Assembly: GCA_963825055.1 (NCBI GenBank)
Contig: CAWGSK010000012.1
Coordinates: forward strand, 64,001-128,000
Length of the DNA stretch: 64,000 nucleotides
Reading direction: 5' to 3'
From: an uncultured Gemmatimonadales bacterium
GTDB taxonomy: Bacteria; Gemmatimonadota; Gemmatimonadetes; Gemmatimonadales; GWC2-71-9
How positions within the stretch are numbered: the first letter of the stretch is position 1; every line of letters begins with the position of its first letter. The notes beneath the pieces were generated by a model. That model did no database searches, was not told the DNA's origin, and saw only the letters and a program-made list of their open reading frames with translations. Below are positions 1-8,084 of the stretch, piece by piece. Made by a program: the position numbers and the translations under genes.

Positions 1-1
1 G

Positions 2-43
2 CCCGCCGTGAAGCTGATTCGTGGCATCGAGAGGGTTTCCTGA
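2..43 (+). CDS. 3' end of upstream gene, probably L-serine dehydratase beta subunit (partial)
   Basis: Frame reads PAVKLIRGIERVS-stop; its TGA (41-43) overlaps the ATG of sdaAA. Identity inferred only from the usual sdaAB-sdaAA order. Confidence 0.4.
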   Translation, partial: PAVKLIRGIERVS

Positions 44-924
44 TGTTCGACGCGCTGGAGGACGCGGTCACCGAGGCAGCAGGCCGCGGGGTCTCGCTGG
101 GCGAGGTAGCGCTGGATGCGGAAACGCGCGACGGCCTCCGCACCCGGGCGCAGGTGGAAGAGTCCCTCGGGCGCGCCCTCGGCGTGATGCGCCACGCGGT
201 GGAGCGCGGGCTTGCCGGTGACCTCAGGAGCGTGAGCGAGCTCGTCGGTGGCGATGCCGCCCTCCTGGCCAGCCCGAAGGGGCCGCTGGGCGGGACACTG
301 TTTACCGATGCGCTTGCCTCGGCTCTCGCGGTGCAGGAGGTGAACGCCGCCATGGGCGTGATCGTCGCCGCGCCGACCGCGGGCGGGGCCGGTGTGCTGC
401 CGGGGGTCCTGCTGGCGATCGGACGACGGGAACACCTGGATGATCCGACCCTTGTCCGCGGCCTCGCGGCGGCGGGGCTGGTGGGGGCCGTCGTGGCGGT
501 GCGAGCCTCACTGTCCGGCGCGGAGGGTGGCTGTCAGGCCGAGACCGGCGCCGCGGCGGCCATGGCGGCGGCGGCGGGGATCGAGGTCCTGGGTGGAACG
601 GCGGAGCAGGCCGCCCATGCCGTCGCCCTTACCATGCAGGGCACCCTGGGCCTCGTCTGTGATCCCCTGGGCGGGCTGGTAGAGATTCCATGCGTGTACC
701 GGAACGCCACCGGCGCCGCCATCGCCCTGGCCGGGATCGAGATGGCCCTGGCCGGGATCACGTTCCCCATCCCCGTGGATGAAGTGATCGATACCATGGG
801 GGAGATAGGCCGGAACATGGACATCCGGTACCGGGAGACCGCCGGCGGGGGCCTGGCCGCCACCCCGACAGGGCGACGCCTGGCCCGCGAACGACTGGTC
901 CAGCTGAAAGGGCCGCGGCCCTAG
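43..924 (+). CDS. sdaAA: L-serine ammonia-lyase, Fe-S dependent, alpha subunit
   Basis: Motifs EVNAAMGVIVAAPTAGGAGVLPG, SGAEGGCQAE, LGLVCDPLGGLVEIPC, YRETAGGGLA. Confidence 0.93.
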   Translation: MFDALEDAVTEAAGRGVSLGEVALDAETRDGLRTRAQVEESLGRALGVMRHAVERGLAGDLRSVSELVGGDAALLASPKGPLGGTLFTDALASALAVQEVNAAMGVIVAAPTAGGAGVLPGVLLAIGRREHLDDPTLVRGLAAAGLVGAVVAVRASLSGAEGGCQAETGAAAAMAAAAGIEVLGGTAEQAAHAVALTMQGTLGLVCDPLGGLVEIPCVYRNATGAAIALAGIEMALAGITFPIPVDEVIDTMGEIGRNMDIRYRETAGGGLAATPTGRRLARERLVQLKGPRP

Positions 925-934
925 CGTTCCGAGG

Positions 935-961
935 TGAAACAAAGGCCGGTTTGTCGTCGTA
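935..961 (+). promoter_or_regulatory. ECF (SigW-like) promoter candidate for the psp-like operon
   Basis: TGAAAC (935-940), 17-nt spacer, CGTA (958-961); close to the B. subtilis SigW consensus TGAAAC-N16-CGTA. Confidence 0.5.
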
Positions 962-1006
962 CGGCGTCCTGAGGCCGCAAATCGGTATCCCGACCAGGAG
1001 GGGGGC

Positions 1007-1276
1007 TTGGACGTGGAAGGTATTCTCGCTATTACGCTCATCTTCGGGGGTGGGACCCTGTTCCTGTTGTCCGTGAGCCCGGTCGGCAAGGCGTTCGCCG
1101 AGCGGATACGGTCCCACGGCGCCGTGCCGATGCAGGATCCGGCGGTGCTCGAGGAACTCGACGAACTGCGCCAGGACGTCGTCGAACTCCAGGAACGGCT
1201 CGACTTCGCCGAGCGAATGCTCGCGCAGCGTGACGCGCCCCAGATCGGTCCGGGGGCCGGAGGCAGCGGGACATGA
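1007..1276 (+). CDS. Small membrane protein with C-terminal coiled coil, PspB-like paralog 1
   Basis: AGGAGG SD before TTG; N-terminal TM; motif ELQERLDFAERML. Confidence 0.8.
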   Translation: MDVEGILAITLIFGGGTLFLLSVSPVGKAFAERIRSHGAVPMQDPAVLEELDELRQDVVELQERLDFAERMLAQRDAPQIGPGAGGSGT

Positions 1277-1638
1277 GCCGTCGCGACGGATCCGGCGTGC
1301 TGGTCGCCTTCACCCTGCTCGGCCTGGGCGCCATCGCGGCGTTCATCGTCGGGGCGGCGACCATCGGCGAGGACTTTGCCATCCCGGCCATGATCGCGGG
1401 CGCGGTCGTCAGCGCGATCGCCCTGCGGAGTTCGGTCGGCCGGGCGCTTGCCGAGCGGATCCGGGGGAACGAACTGGTGGATGGTGGCGCCGCTGAGGAG
1501 GAGATGCACTTCCTGCGGACGCAGATGGAGCGCATGGAAGACCGCGTACTGGAACTCGAGGAGCGGCACGATTTCACCGAGCGCCTGCTGGCCCGGCGAA
1601 GCCTCGAAGAACAAGACCTCGGGAAGGAACAGGGCTGA
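1273..1638 (+). CDS. Small membrane/coiled-coil protein, PspB-like paralog 2 (two TM segments)
   Basis: ATGA overlap with previous gene; motif ELEERHDFTERLL. Confidence 0.8.
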   Translation: MSRRDGSGVLVAFTLLGLGAIAAFIVGAATIGEDFAIPAMIAGAVVSAIALRSSVGRALAERIRGNELVDGGAAEEEMHFLRTQMERMEDRVLELEERHDFTERLLARRSLEEQDLGKEQG

Positions 1639-1916
1639 TGCGGCCTGAAGAGATGGTCTTCGTGGTAGTGATGACGGCCCTGGTCGGAGGGCTCCTGATG
1701 CTGGCGCTCCGGAGTCCGCTCGCGAAGGCCCTGGCGCGCCGGATTTCCGGTGAGCCGCAGGACAGCGAGGTCCTGACCGAGGAGATCATGGCCCGGCTGG
1801 ACCAGGTCCCGGTCATGGAAGAACGCCTGCTGGAGCTGGAGGAGCGGGTCGAGTTTGCCGAGCGTCTGCTGGCGGGCGATCGTCCACAGCAGGGCCTCAC
1901 GTCTGGAGGCCGCTGA
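1638..1916 (+). CDS. Small membrane/coiled-coil protein, PspB-like paralog 3
   Basis: TGATG coupling; TM; motif ELEERVEFAERLL. Confidence 0.8.
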   Translation: MRPEEMVFVVVMTALVGGLLMLALRSPLAKALARRISGEPQDSEVLTEEIMARLDQVPVMEERLLELEERVEFAERLLAGDRPQQGLTSGGR

Positions 1917-2212
1917 TGCCGCCGGGATTCCTGCCGCCGGATTTCTATGACACCGTGGCGGCGGTGCTCGTCATGGTGACCGTGGTGATCGGCGTGACCG
2001 TGATCCTGCGGGGCCCGATCGGTGCCGCGCTCGCGCGTCGGCTGGGTGGTCACGCCCGCGAACTTCCGGCTGAGGTGACGGAGCGGCTCGAGCGCATCGG
2101 CGAGCTCGAGGACCGCGTGATGGAGCTGGAGGAGCGGCTGGATTTCAGTGAACGGCTGCTGGCCCGGCACCAGGAGCCCCAACGGCAAGTCCGGGCACCG
2201 ACCGATGGGTGA
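1916..2212 (+). CDS. Small membrane/coiled-coil protein, PspB-like paralog 4
   Basis: TGATG coupling; TM; motif ELEERLDFSERLL. Confidence 0.8.
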   Translation: MPPGFLPPDFYDTVAAVLVMVTVVIGVTVILRGPIGAALARRLGGHARELPAEVTERLERIGELEDRVMELEERLDFSERLLARHQEPQRQVRAPTDG

Positions 2213-2492
2213 CTTCTTCGAGTTTGCCCTGGTTGTGGTCACGTTCGTGGCGGTGGGGATCGCCGGGTACGGCGGGATTCTGCTGCTGCAGGCCTGGAGC
2301 CGGCGGTTGCAGAGCGGAGGCACCCTCGGAGCGCTCGAGGACCTGCGGGAGCGGGTTGCGGCGCTGGAGGACCGCAGCCCGCATACGGGCGAGAATGACC
2401 TCGTGGCCGAACGGCTGCTGGAACTGGAGGAGCGGGTCGAGTTCACCGAACGCCTGCTGGCGCGGCCCGCGGATCGCCAGGCCGGGGGCTGA
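2205..2492 (+). CDS. Small membrane/coiled-coil protein, PspB-like paralog 5
   Basis: ATG at 2205 (MGDFFEFALVV...) overlapping previous stop; motif ELEERVEFTERLL. Confidence 0.8.
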   Translation: MGDFFEFALVVVTFVAVGIAGYGGILLLQAWSRRLQSGGTLGALEDLRERVAALEDRSPHTGENDLVAERLLELEERVEFTERLLARPADRQAGG

Positions 2493-2571
2493 TCCCCGGC
2501 CGGGCCGGCACCTTAGATTTCCGGGACACGGTGTCCCGTTGGCGCAGTTCCCCCTGGGAGGAGTCACGACG

Positions 2572-2967
2572 ATGATCACCCGCGAGGATATCGAGTCATT
2601 CATCACTCGCCTGGACAGTGGCAGTCCGCAGACGGAGGAGATCGAGCCGAATCTGTGGGTGGTCCGCACCGAGGACGACGCCGAGATGGTCGTGCACTAC
2701 GCCCCCCCGGTGGTGATCCTCCGCTTGCGGGTCATGGAAGTGCCGGGGGACGCCGCCCGCCGGTCGGAATTATTCCGGCAGCTGCTGGAACTGAACACGC
2801 GCGACCTCGTGCACGGGTCGTACGGCCTCGAGGGCGACCACGTCGTCCTGACGGACACCCTGGACCTCGAGAACCTGGATTTCACCGAATTCGAGGCCAG
2901 CTTCGACAGCATGACCCTGGCCCTGGCCTCACACCTTGGCGCGCTGGCGCCCTACCGGGAGTCGTAA
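2572..2967 (+). CDS. CesT/YbjN-like (type III secretion chaperone fold) acidic protein
   Basis: GGAGGAG SD then ATG (MITREDIESF...); 131 aa, acidic, LFRQLLELN...HGSYGL...LENLD pattern; directly upstream of pspA. Confidence 0.7.
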   Translation: MITREDIESFITRLDSGSPQTEEIEPNLWVVRTEDDAEMVVHYAPPVVILRLRVMEVPGDAARRSELFRQLLELNTRDLVHGSYGLEGDHVVLTDTLDLENLDFTEFEASFDSMTLALASHLGALAPYRES

Positions 2968-2971
2968 GCTC

Positions 2972-3736
2972 ATGGGGATCTTTGACCGTCTGTCGACCAT
3001 GCTCCGGTCGAACATCAACGACCTGATTTCCAAGGCCGAGAACCCGGAGAAGATGCTGAACCAGCTGATCCTGGACATGAAGGGACAGCTGGCCAAGGCC
3101 AAGCAGCAGGTCGCGTTCGCGATCGCGGACGAGAAGAAACTCCGGGCCGACGCCGATGCCATGAAGAAGCAGGCGGAGGACTGGGAGCGCCGGGCAATGC
3201 TGGCGGTCCAGGAGGACCGGGACGACCTGGCCAAGCAGGCGCTGATGCGCTACAACGAGGCGCTGCAGGGCGCCCAGCAGCTTCACGAGACCTGGCTCAA
3301 GAGCAAGGCCGAGACGGAGTCGCTCAAGGGCTCGCTCCGCCAGCTCAACGACAAGATCGAGGAAGCGAAGCGTAAGAAGAACATCCTTGTCGCGCGGGCG
3401 CGCCGTGCGGAGGCCCAGCAGCGCATCCAGGAAACCATGTCCGGCCTGTCCGACAAGAGCGCCTTCGAATCGTTCGAACGGATGACGGAGAAGATCGAGG
3501 CGAACGAGCGCAAGGCCATCGCCGCCGCGGAGCTGCAGGAGGAATTCTCCGGCGATTCCCTGCAGCGGCAGTTCGAGGCGCTGGAGTATCATGGCAGCGC
3601 GGACCAGCAGCTCCTCGAGCTCAAGGCCAAGATGGGCCTGATCGGGTCCGGCGGCGCCGAGGAATCCCGCCAGCTCGGCAAGGGCACCGGACAGGACGAG
3701 GACGTACAGGATGCGGAGGTGGAAGAGGAGCAGTGA
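2972..3736 (+). CDS. pspA: PspA/IM30 family protein
   Basis: MGIFDRLSTMLRSNINDLISKAENPEKML N-terminus, long coiled coil, FERMTEKI. Confidence 0.93.
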   Translation: MGIFDRLSTMLRSNINDLISKAENPEKMLNQLILDMKGQLAKAKQQVAFAIADEKKLRADADAMKKQAEDWERRAMLAVQEDRDDLAKQALMRYNEALQGAQQLHETWLKSKAETESLKGSLRQLNDKIEEAKRKKNILVARARRAEAQQRIQETMSGLSDKSAFESFERMTEKIEANERKAIAAAELQEEFSGDSLQRQFEALEYHGSADQQLLELKAKMGLIGSGGAEESRQLGKGTGQDEDVQDAEVEEEQ

Positions 3737-3851
3737 ACAGTGAACAGTGAATGGTGAACGGTGGACGGTGGGCGGGAGAATGACCCGGTTTACCGTTCAC
3801 CGTTTACCGTTTACGCTTCTTCCATACCCGATACCCGATACCCCATACCCG
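3731..3851. repeat. Heptamer tandem repeats forming an imperfect hairpin
   Basis: CAGTGAA x3, TGGTGAA, CGGTGGA, then complementary TTTACCG/TTCACCG units, then ATACCCG-type x4. Confidence 0.9.
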
Positions 3852-3861
3852 GCCTTCGCCC

Positions 3862-4944
3862 TTGTCCTCTCCCCGCTTCATCATTCTGGCCGACGGCGAT
3901 TTCGGCCCGCTGCATTCCAAGACCGCCAACTCCCTGATCCGTTACCGCCCGGAGCGCGTGCTCGCGGTGGTGGACCATGTCCATGCGGGGAGGACCTGCG
4001 ATGACGTGCTCGGCTTCGGCGGGGATACCCCCGTGGTGGCATCGATGGGCGAGGCGCTGGCGTTCGACCCCGACGCGGTGCTGGTGGGAATCGCGCCAGT
4101 GGGCGGCCGCCTGCCGGTGGCCTGGCGCGACTGGCTGGCCGCGGCCGTTGCGGCCGGCTGCGATATCTGGAGCGGTCTCCATACGTTCCTGGGCGATGAT
4201 CCGGTACTCGCCAGGGCGGCAGAAAAGGCGGGCCGTCGCATTTTCGACCTGCGCCGTCCGCCACCCGATCTCCCCGTCGCCAGCGGAAAGGCCAAGTCCA
4301 CCGCCGCCTACCGGGTGCTCACGGTCGGGACCGACTGCAACGTCGGCAAGATGACCGCGCAGCTCCAGCTGACCCGCCAGCTGAACGACCGCGGGGCGCG
4401 CACACGTTTCGTGGCCACCGGCCAGACCGGGATCCTGATCGAGGGCTGGGGGATCGCGGTGGATGCGGTGGTGGCCGACTTCATCGCCGGCGCGGCCGAG
4501 CGGATCGTCCTCCAGGGCAGCGAGGACGCCGATATTGTCATGGTGGAGGGGCAGGGCAGCATCAACCACCCGGGATACTCGGGCGTGACTCTTGGGCTGC
4601 TGCACGGGTCCTGCCCCGACGGCCTCATCCTCTGCCACCAGGCCAGCCGGAAGTTCATCGGCGACTATCGCGAGGCCGCGTGGCTCCGGATCCCGCCCCT
4701 GCAGGACTACGTGCAGTGGTATGAGAATCTCGGCAACGCGGTCCATCCCACGCGCGTCCTGGGTGTCTGCCTCAACACCTACGATCTGGACGACGCCGCG
4801 GCGCGCGCGGCCTGCGAGGCCGCCACCGCCGCCACGGGACTCCCGGCCACCGACCCGGTACGATACGATCCCGCCCCCCTGGTCGAGGCGATACTCGCGG
4901 CCCGGGCCGCCGCCCGTCCCATACCCGAAGGAGCAACCTCATGA
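3862..4944 (+). CDS. DUF1611 domain protein (DgcN-like P-loop protein)
   Basis: SKTANSLIRY, VLTVGTDCNVGKMT, ATGQTGI, DAVVADF, VEGQGS...HPGYS, LGLLHGS motifs. Confidence 0.88.
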   Translation: MSSPRFIILADGDFGPLHSKTANSLIRYRPERVLAVVDHVHAGRTCDDVLGFGGDTPVVASMGEALAFDPDAVLVGIAPVGGRLPVAWRDWLAAAVAAGCDIWSGLHTFLGDDPVLARAAEKAGRRIFDLRRPPPDLPVASGKAKSTAAYRVLTVGTDCNVGKMTAQLQLTRQLNDRGARTRFVATGQTGILIEGWGIAVDAVVADFIAGAAERIVLQGSEDADIVMVEGQGSINHPGYSGVTLGLLHGSCPDGLILCHQASRKFIGDYREAAWLRIPPLQDYVQWYENLGNAVHPTRVLGVCLNTYDLDDAAARAACEAATAATGLPATDPVRYDPAPLVEAILAARAAARPIPEGATS

Positions 4945-5405
4945 ACTGGCCGCACATTCACCTGATGGTGAACCACATTCCCATCATCGGAGCGGGCATA
5001 GCGCTTGTCGCGGTGTTGTGGGGATGGGTGGCGAAGTCGCGCGCGGTGCTGCTCTTCGCCTTCACCCTGACGGCGGCCATCGGCCTCGCCACCTATCCGG
5101 TCATGCTGACCGGGCACGAGGCCGAAGAAGCCGTGGAAGACCTCCCCTGGGCCCAGCGCCGGGTCATCCACGAGCACGAGGAGATGGGCGAGAAGGCCAA
5201 CATCGCGATGGTCGCGACCGGCGTGCTGGCACTGCTGGCGCTGTGGTTCGGCCGTGGCGGCCGCGAGTTCCGCACCGGGATGACCGGGGTCGTCGTCCTC
5301 GCGCTGGTGGTTGGGCTGGTGCTGGTGGCGCTGACCGCGCTCGATGGAGGAGAGATCCGCCATGACGAAATCCGGGATGGACCGGTGGTCGAGACCGGTT
5401 CCTGA
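4941..5405 (+). CDS. Four-TM membrane protein, DUF2231-like
   Basis: HLMVNHIP, TGHEA, HEHE, GGEIRH conserved-His pattern; four hydrophobic segments. Confidence 0.65.
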   Translation: MNWPHIHLMVNHIPIIGAGIALVAVLWGWVAKSRAVLLFAFTLTAAIGLATYPVMLTGHEAEEAVEDLPWAQRRVIHEHEEMGEKANIAMVATGVLALLALWFGRGGREFRTGMTGVVVLALVVGLVLVALTALDGGEIRHDEIRDGPVVETGS

Positions 5406-6468
5406 AGCCGTCGGCTCCGCGCCCGCTATCGCGGGCGCAGGGCCGGCGGGGCTCGCCGCGGCCCTGACCCTGGGCCGGGCGGGATGCCCGCCGGTGGTCT
5501 ACGAGAAGCGGGCCCAGGTTGCCGGCCGGTTTCACGGCGATTTCCAGGGCATCGAGAACTACTCCACCCGGGACGACGCCCTCGAGGAGCTGGCACGGGC
5601 CGGCGTCGAACCCACCTTCGAAGTCACCCCCTTCCGGGAAGCCACGCTGTTCGGCCCGGATGGCCGTGAATGGCGATACCGCGCCTCCGCTCCCCTGTAT
5701 TACATGATCCGGCGCGGCGCCGAGTCCGGTCGTCTCGACGCAGCGCTCCTCTCCCAGGCCCTGGATCTGGGAGTGCGGGTGCGCTTTGGCTGTTCCTTCC
5801 CGGAAACGGAGCCGCGGGGGATCCTCGCGACCGGCCCGCGGGGGAGCTACGCCATCGTGGTCGGGTACATCGGCCCGACCACACTGCCCGACATGGTGCT
5901 TGCCACTCTCAACGATCGCCTCGCACCAGGCGGCTACGCCTACCTGGTTACTCACGACGGAACGGCCACGGTGGCCGCATGCCTTTTCGCCGACCTGCGC
6001 CATCACCGGGAATACCTCGAACGGACCGTAGCGTTCTTCCGTGATCGCACCGGCCTGTCGCTGGAGGGCGCCGTCCGCTTCGGCGGGACCGGGACGGTGC
6101 ATCGGCCGCGCTCGGCCGTGCGCGGCGGGTATCTCCTGGCCGGCGAAGCGGCGGGATTCCAGGACGCGCTCTGGGGGTTCGGTCTCCGTTCCGCCATGCT
6201 GAGCGGCCACCTGGCCGCCCGCGCGTTCCTTGAGGGACGGCCCGACCGGTATGACGCGCTCTGGCAGGGGCGACTCGGCGGTCTCCTCGAGACATCCATT
6301 GTGAACCGTGTTGTCTTCGGCCGGCTGGGCAACCGCGGCTACGGCGTGTTCCTCTCCCGGATGGGCCGGGCCCCCGACCCGCGTGAGTTTCTCCGCCGCC
6401 ACTATGCCCCCTCGGCCTGGAAGGGGCTCTGGTTCCGGATCCTTCAGCTGGCCGGGAAGGCGGCCTGA
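5362..6468 (+). CDS. FAD-dependent oxidoreductase (geranylgeranyl reductase-like)
   Basis: GAGPAG dinucleotide motif, GGYAY, GEAAGFQDALWGFG; start chosen from GGAGG SD and uncertain. Confidence 0.8.
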   Translation: MTKSGMDRWSRPVPEAVGSAPAIAGAGPAGLAAALTLGRAGCPPVVYEKRAQVAGRFHGDFQGIENYSTRDDALEELARAGVEPTFEVTPFREATLFGPDGREWRYRASAPLYYMIRRGAESGRLDAALLSQALDLGVRVRFGCSFPETEPRGILATGPRGSYAIVVGYIGPTTLPDMVLATLNDRLAPGGYAYLVTHDGTATVAACLFADLRHHREYLERTVAFFRDRTGLSLEGAVRFGGTGTVHRPRSAVRGGYLLAGEAAGFQDALWGFGLRSAMLSGHLAARAFLEGRPDRYDALWQGRLGGLLETSIVNRVVFGRLGNRGYGVFLSRMGRAPDPREFLRRHYAPSAWKGLWFRILQLAGKAA

Positions 6469-6579
6469 TCCGGGAGATCGAACCGGCGAATTCCGGCTTC
6501 ACCGGCAGGACTGCTTCCGGGGGACGGCGAGGTCACGGCAGGCGCGCATGATGGGACGTCTTCCGACCGGAGGTGTCCC

Positions 6580-7104
6580 TTGTCCGCCATCCTTGTCACT
6601 GCTCTCATCCTCCTCGCTTCCGTGACCGCCGTCCCCGCATGGGCCCAGCGTCGCGGGGCGTGGCCGGAGCCCTGGAGCCCCGCGCCACAGGCCACTTTCC
6701 CGTTCCCGCCCGACACCGGGCATGAACCCGCCCATGGCTCTGGACTCGTCCTCGGCGGCGTCGCAGGGTTCTTCGCGACCGCGGCGCTCTCCCGGGCGGC
6801 CTATGAGGTGGCCGGCGGCCGCCGCATCTGCGGCGATGACTCCTGCGGGCTGGCGGCCGGGCTCAGCACCTTCTTTGTGGCCGAACCTTTCCTCATTCCT
6901 GCCGGCGTGCACCTGGCCAACCAGCGGAAAGGGAGCTACACCACGGCGGCGGGTATGTCCGCGGTAATCTGGTTCGGGGGCCTGATGCTCGGCTCGAAGG
7001 CCGATGTGCCGGGGGAGTACATCCTGGCACTGCCCGTGGCGCAGATCGCCGCGAGCGTAATCATCATCGACCGCACGGCCCGGGGCGCGCATGAACCCCG
7101 TTGA
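6580..7104 (+). CDS. Hypothetical exported/membrane protein
   Basis: GGAGGT SD, TTG start, signal peptide ending AWA-Q, Gly-rich hydrophobic helices. Confidence 0.6.
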   Translation: MSAILVTALILLASVTAVPAWAQRRGAWPEPWSPAPQATFPFPPDTGHEPAHGSGLVLGGVAGFFATAALSRAAYEVAGGRRICGDDSCGLAAGLSTFFVAEPFLIPAGVHLANQRKGSYTTAAGMSAVIWFGGLMLGSKADVPGEYILALPVAQIAASVIIIDRTARGAHEPR

Positions 7105-8084
7105 CCCCGTCCGGCGGCCCGCCGTACTTTCCCGCGCTGGCATTCCCCGGAGAAACGAGGTTGGCCGTGGTGCTGTCGTTGCGGGAGTTCGTCGACCAGG
7201 TCGCACGGTTCTTCCATCTCGAGTCCGCCGTGCTCCTCAAGGGTGCCATCCAGATCGTCCTGATCTGGCTGGGCGCCTGGCTGTTCATCCTGTTTGTCCG
7301 CTTCCTTGCGCGGCGGATACTGAATGCGGTGGACGACGGCGACGACTCCACCCTGACCGCGCGGGAGAAGCGCGGCCAGACCGTCGCCCAGCTCCTGCGG
7401 AGCGTGGGGCGGGTGGTCGCGGTGCTCACCGCGGTGATCTTCACGCTCGACGTCTTCATCGACGTCACGCCCATCCTGGCCGGTGCCGGCATCATCGGCC
7501 TGGCGATCTCCTTCGGTGCCCAGAGCCTGGTCAAGGACATCCTCTCCGGTTTCTTCATCCTCCTCGAGGGGCAATTCGCGGTCGGTGACATCATCGAGGT
7601 CGCCGGAAGGTCTGGTGTGGTTGAGCGCATGACCATGCGCGTGGTTCAGATCCGCGACCTCGAGGGTGTCCTCCATACCGTCCCGAACGGCGAGATCACC
7701 ACCGTCAGCAACAAGACCCGCGGCTGGTCGCGGGCGCTGCTCGAGATCGGCGTGGCCTACGGCGAGAAGGTGGACGACGTGCTGACAGTCTTCGCCGACG
7801 AGGCGAAGCGGATGGCGGCGGATGCCCACTGGGCCCTGCGTCTCGATGGCGCCCCGGAGGTGGCCGGCGTCACGGACCTGGCCGACAGTTCGGTGGTGGT
7901 GCGGACGCTGTTCCGTACGGTGCCGGGCGCGCAGTGGGAAGTGGGCCGGGAGTTCCGCCGCCGGATCAAGAACCGCCTCGACGCCGAGGGAATGGAGATC
8001 CCCTTCCCGCAGCGCACGCTGCACCTCCGGGTGGATGACCAGCGGATCGCCGAGGCGCTGCCGCGGCGGGCGGGGGAGAGCTGA
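7101..8084 (+). CDS. Small-conductance mechanosensitive channel (MscS family)
   Basis: LAGAGIIGLAISFGAQSLVKD, QFAVGDII, TVPNG, IPFPQR; true start may be slightly downstream. Confidence 0.92.
   Translation: MTPSGGPPYFPALAFPGETRLAVVLSLREFVDQVARFFHLESAVLLKGAIQIVLIWLGAWLFILFVRFLARRILNAVDDGDDSTLTAREKRGQTVAQLLRSVGRVVAVLTAVIFTLDVFIDVTPILAGAGIIGLAISFGAQSLVKDILSGFFILLEGQFAVGDIIEVAGRSGVVERMTMRVVQIRDLEGVLHTVPNGEITTVSNKTRGWSRALLEIGVAYGEKVDDVLTVFADEAKRMAADAHWALRLDGAPEVAGVTDLADSSVVVRTLFRTVPGAQWEVGREFRRRIKNRLDAEGMEIPFPQRTLHLRVDDQRIAEALPRRAGES

Noticed and set aside
2209..2571. N-terminal half of the 252-aa ORF 2209-2967
   Set aside because: Overlaps paralog 5 in another frame; the SD supports a start at 2572.
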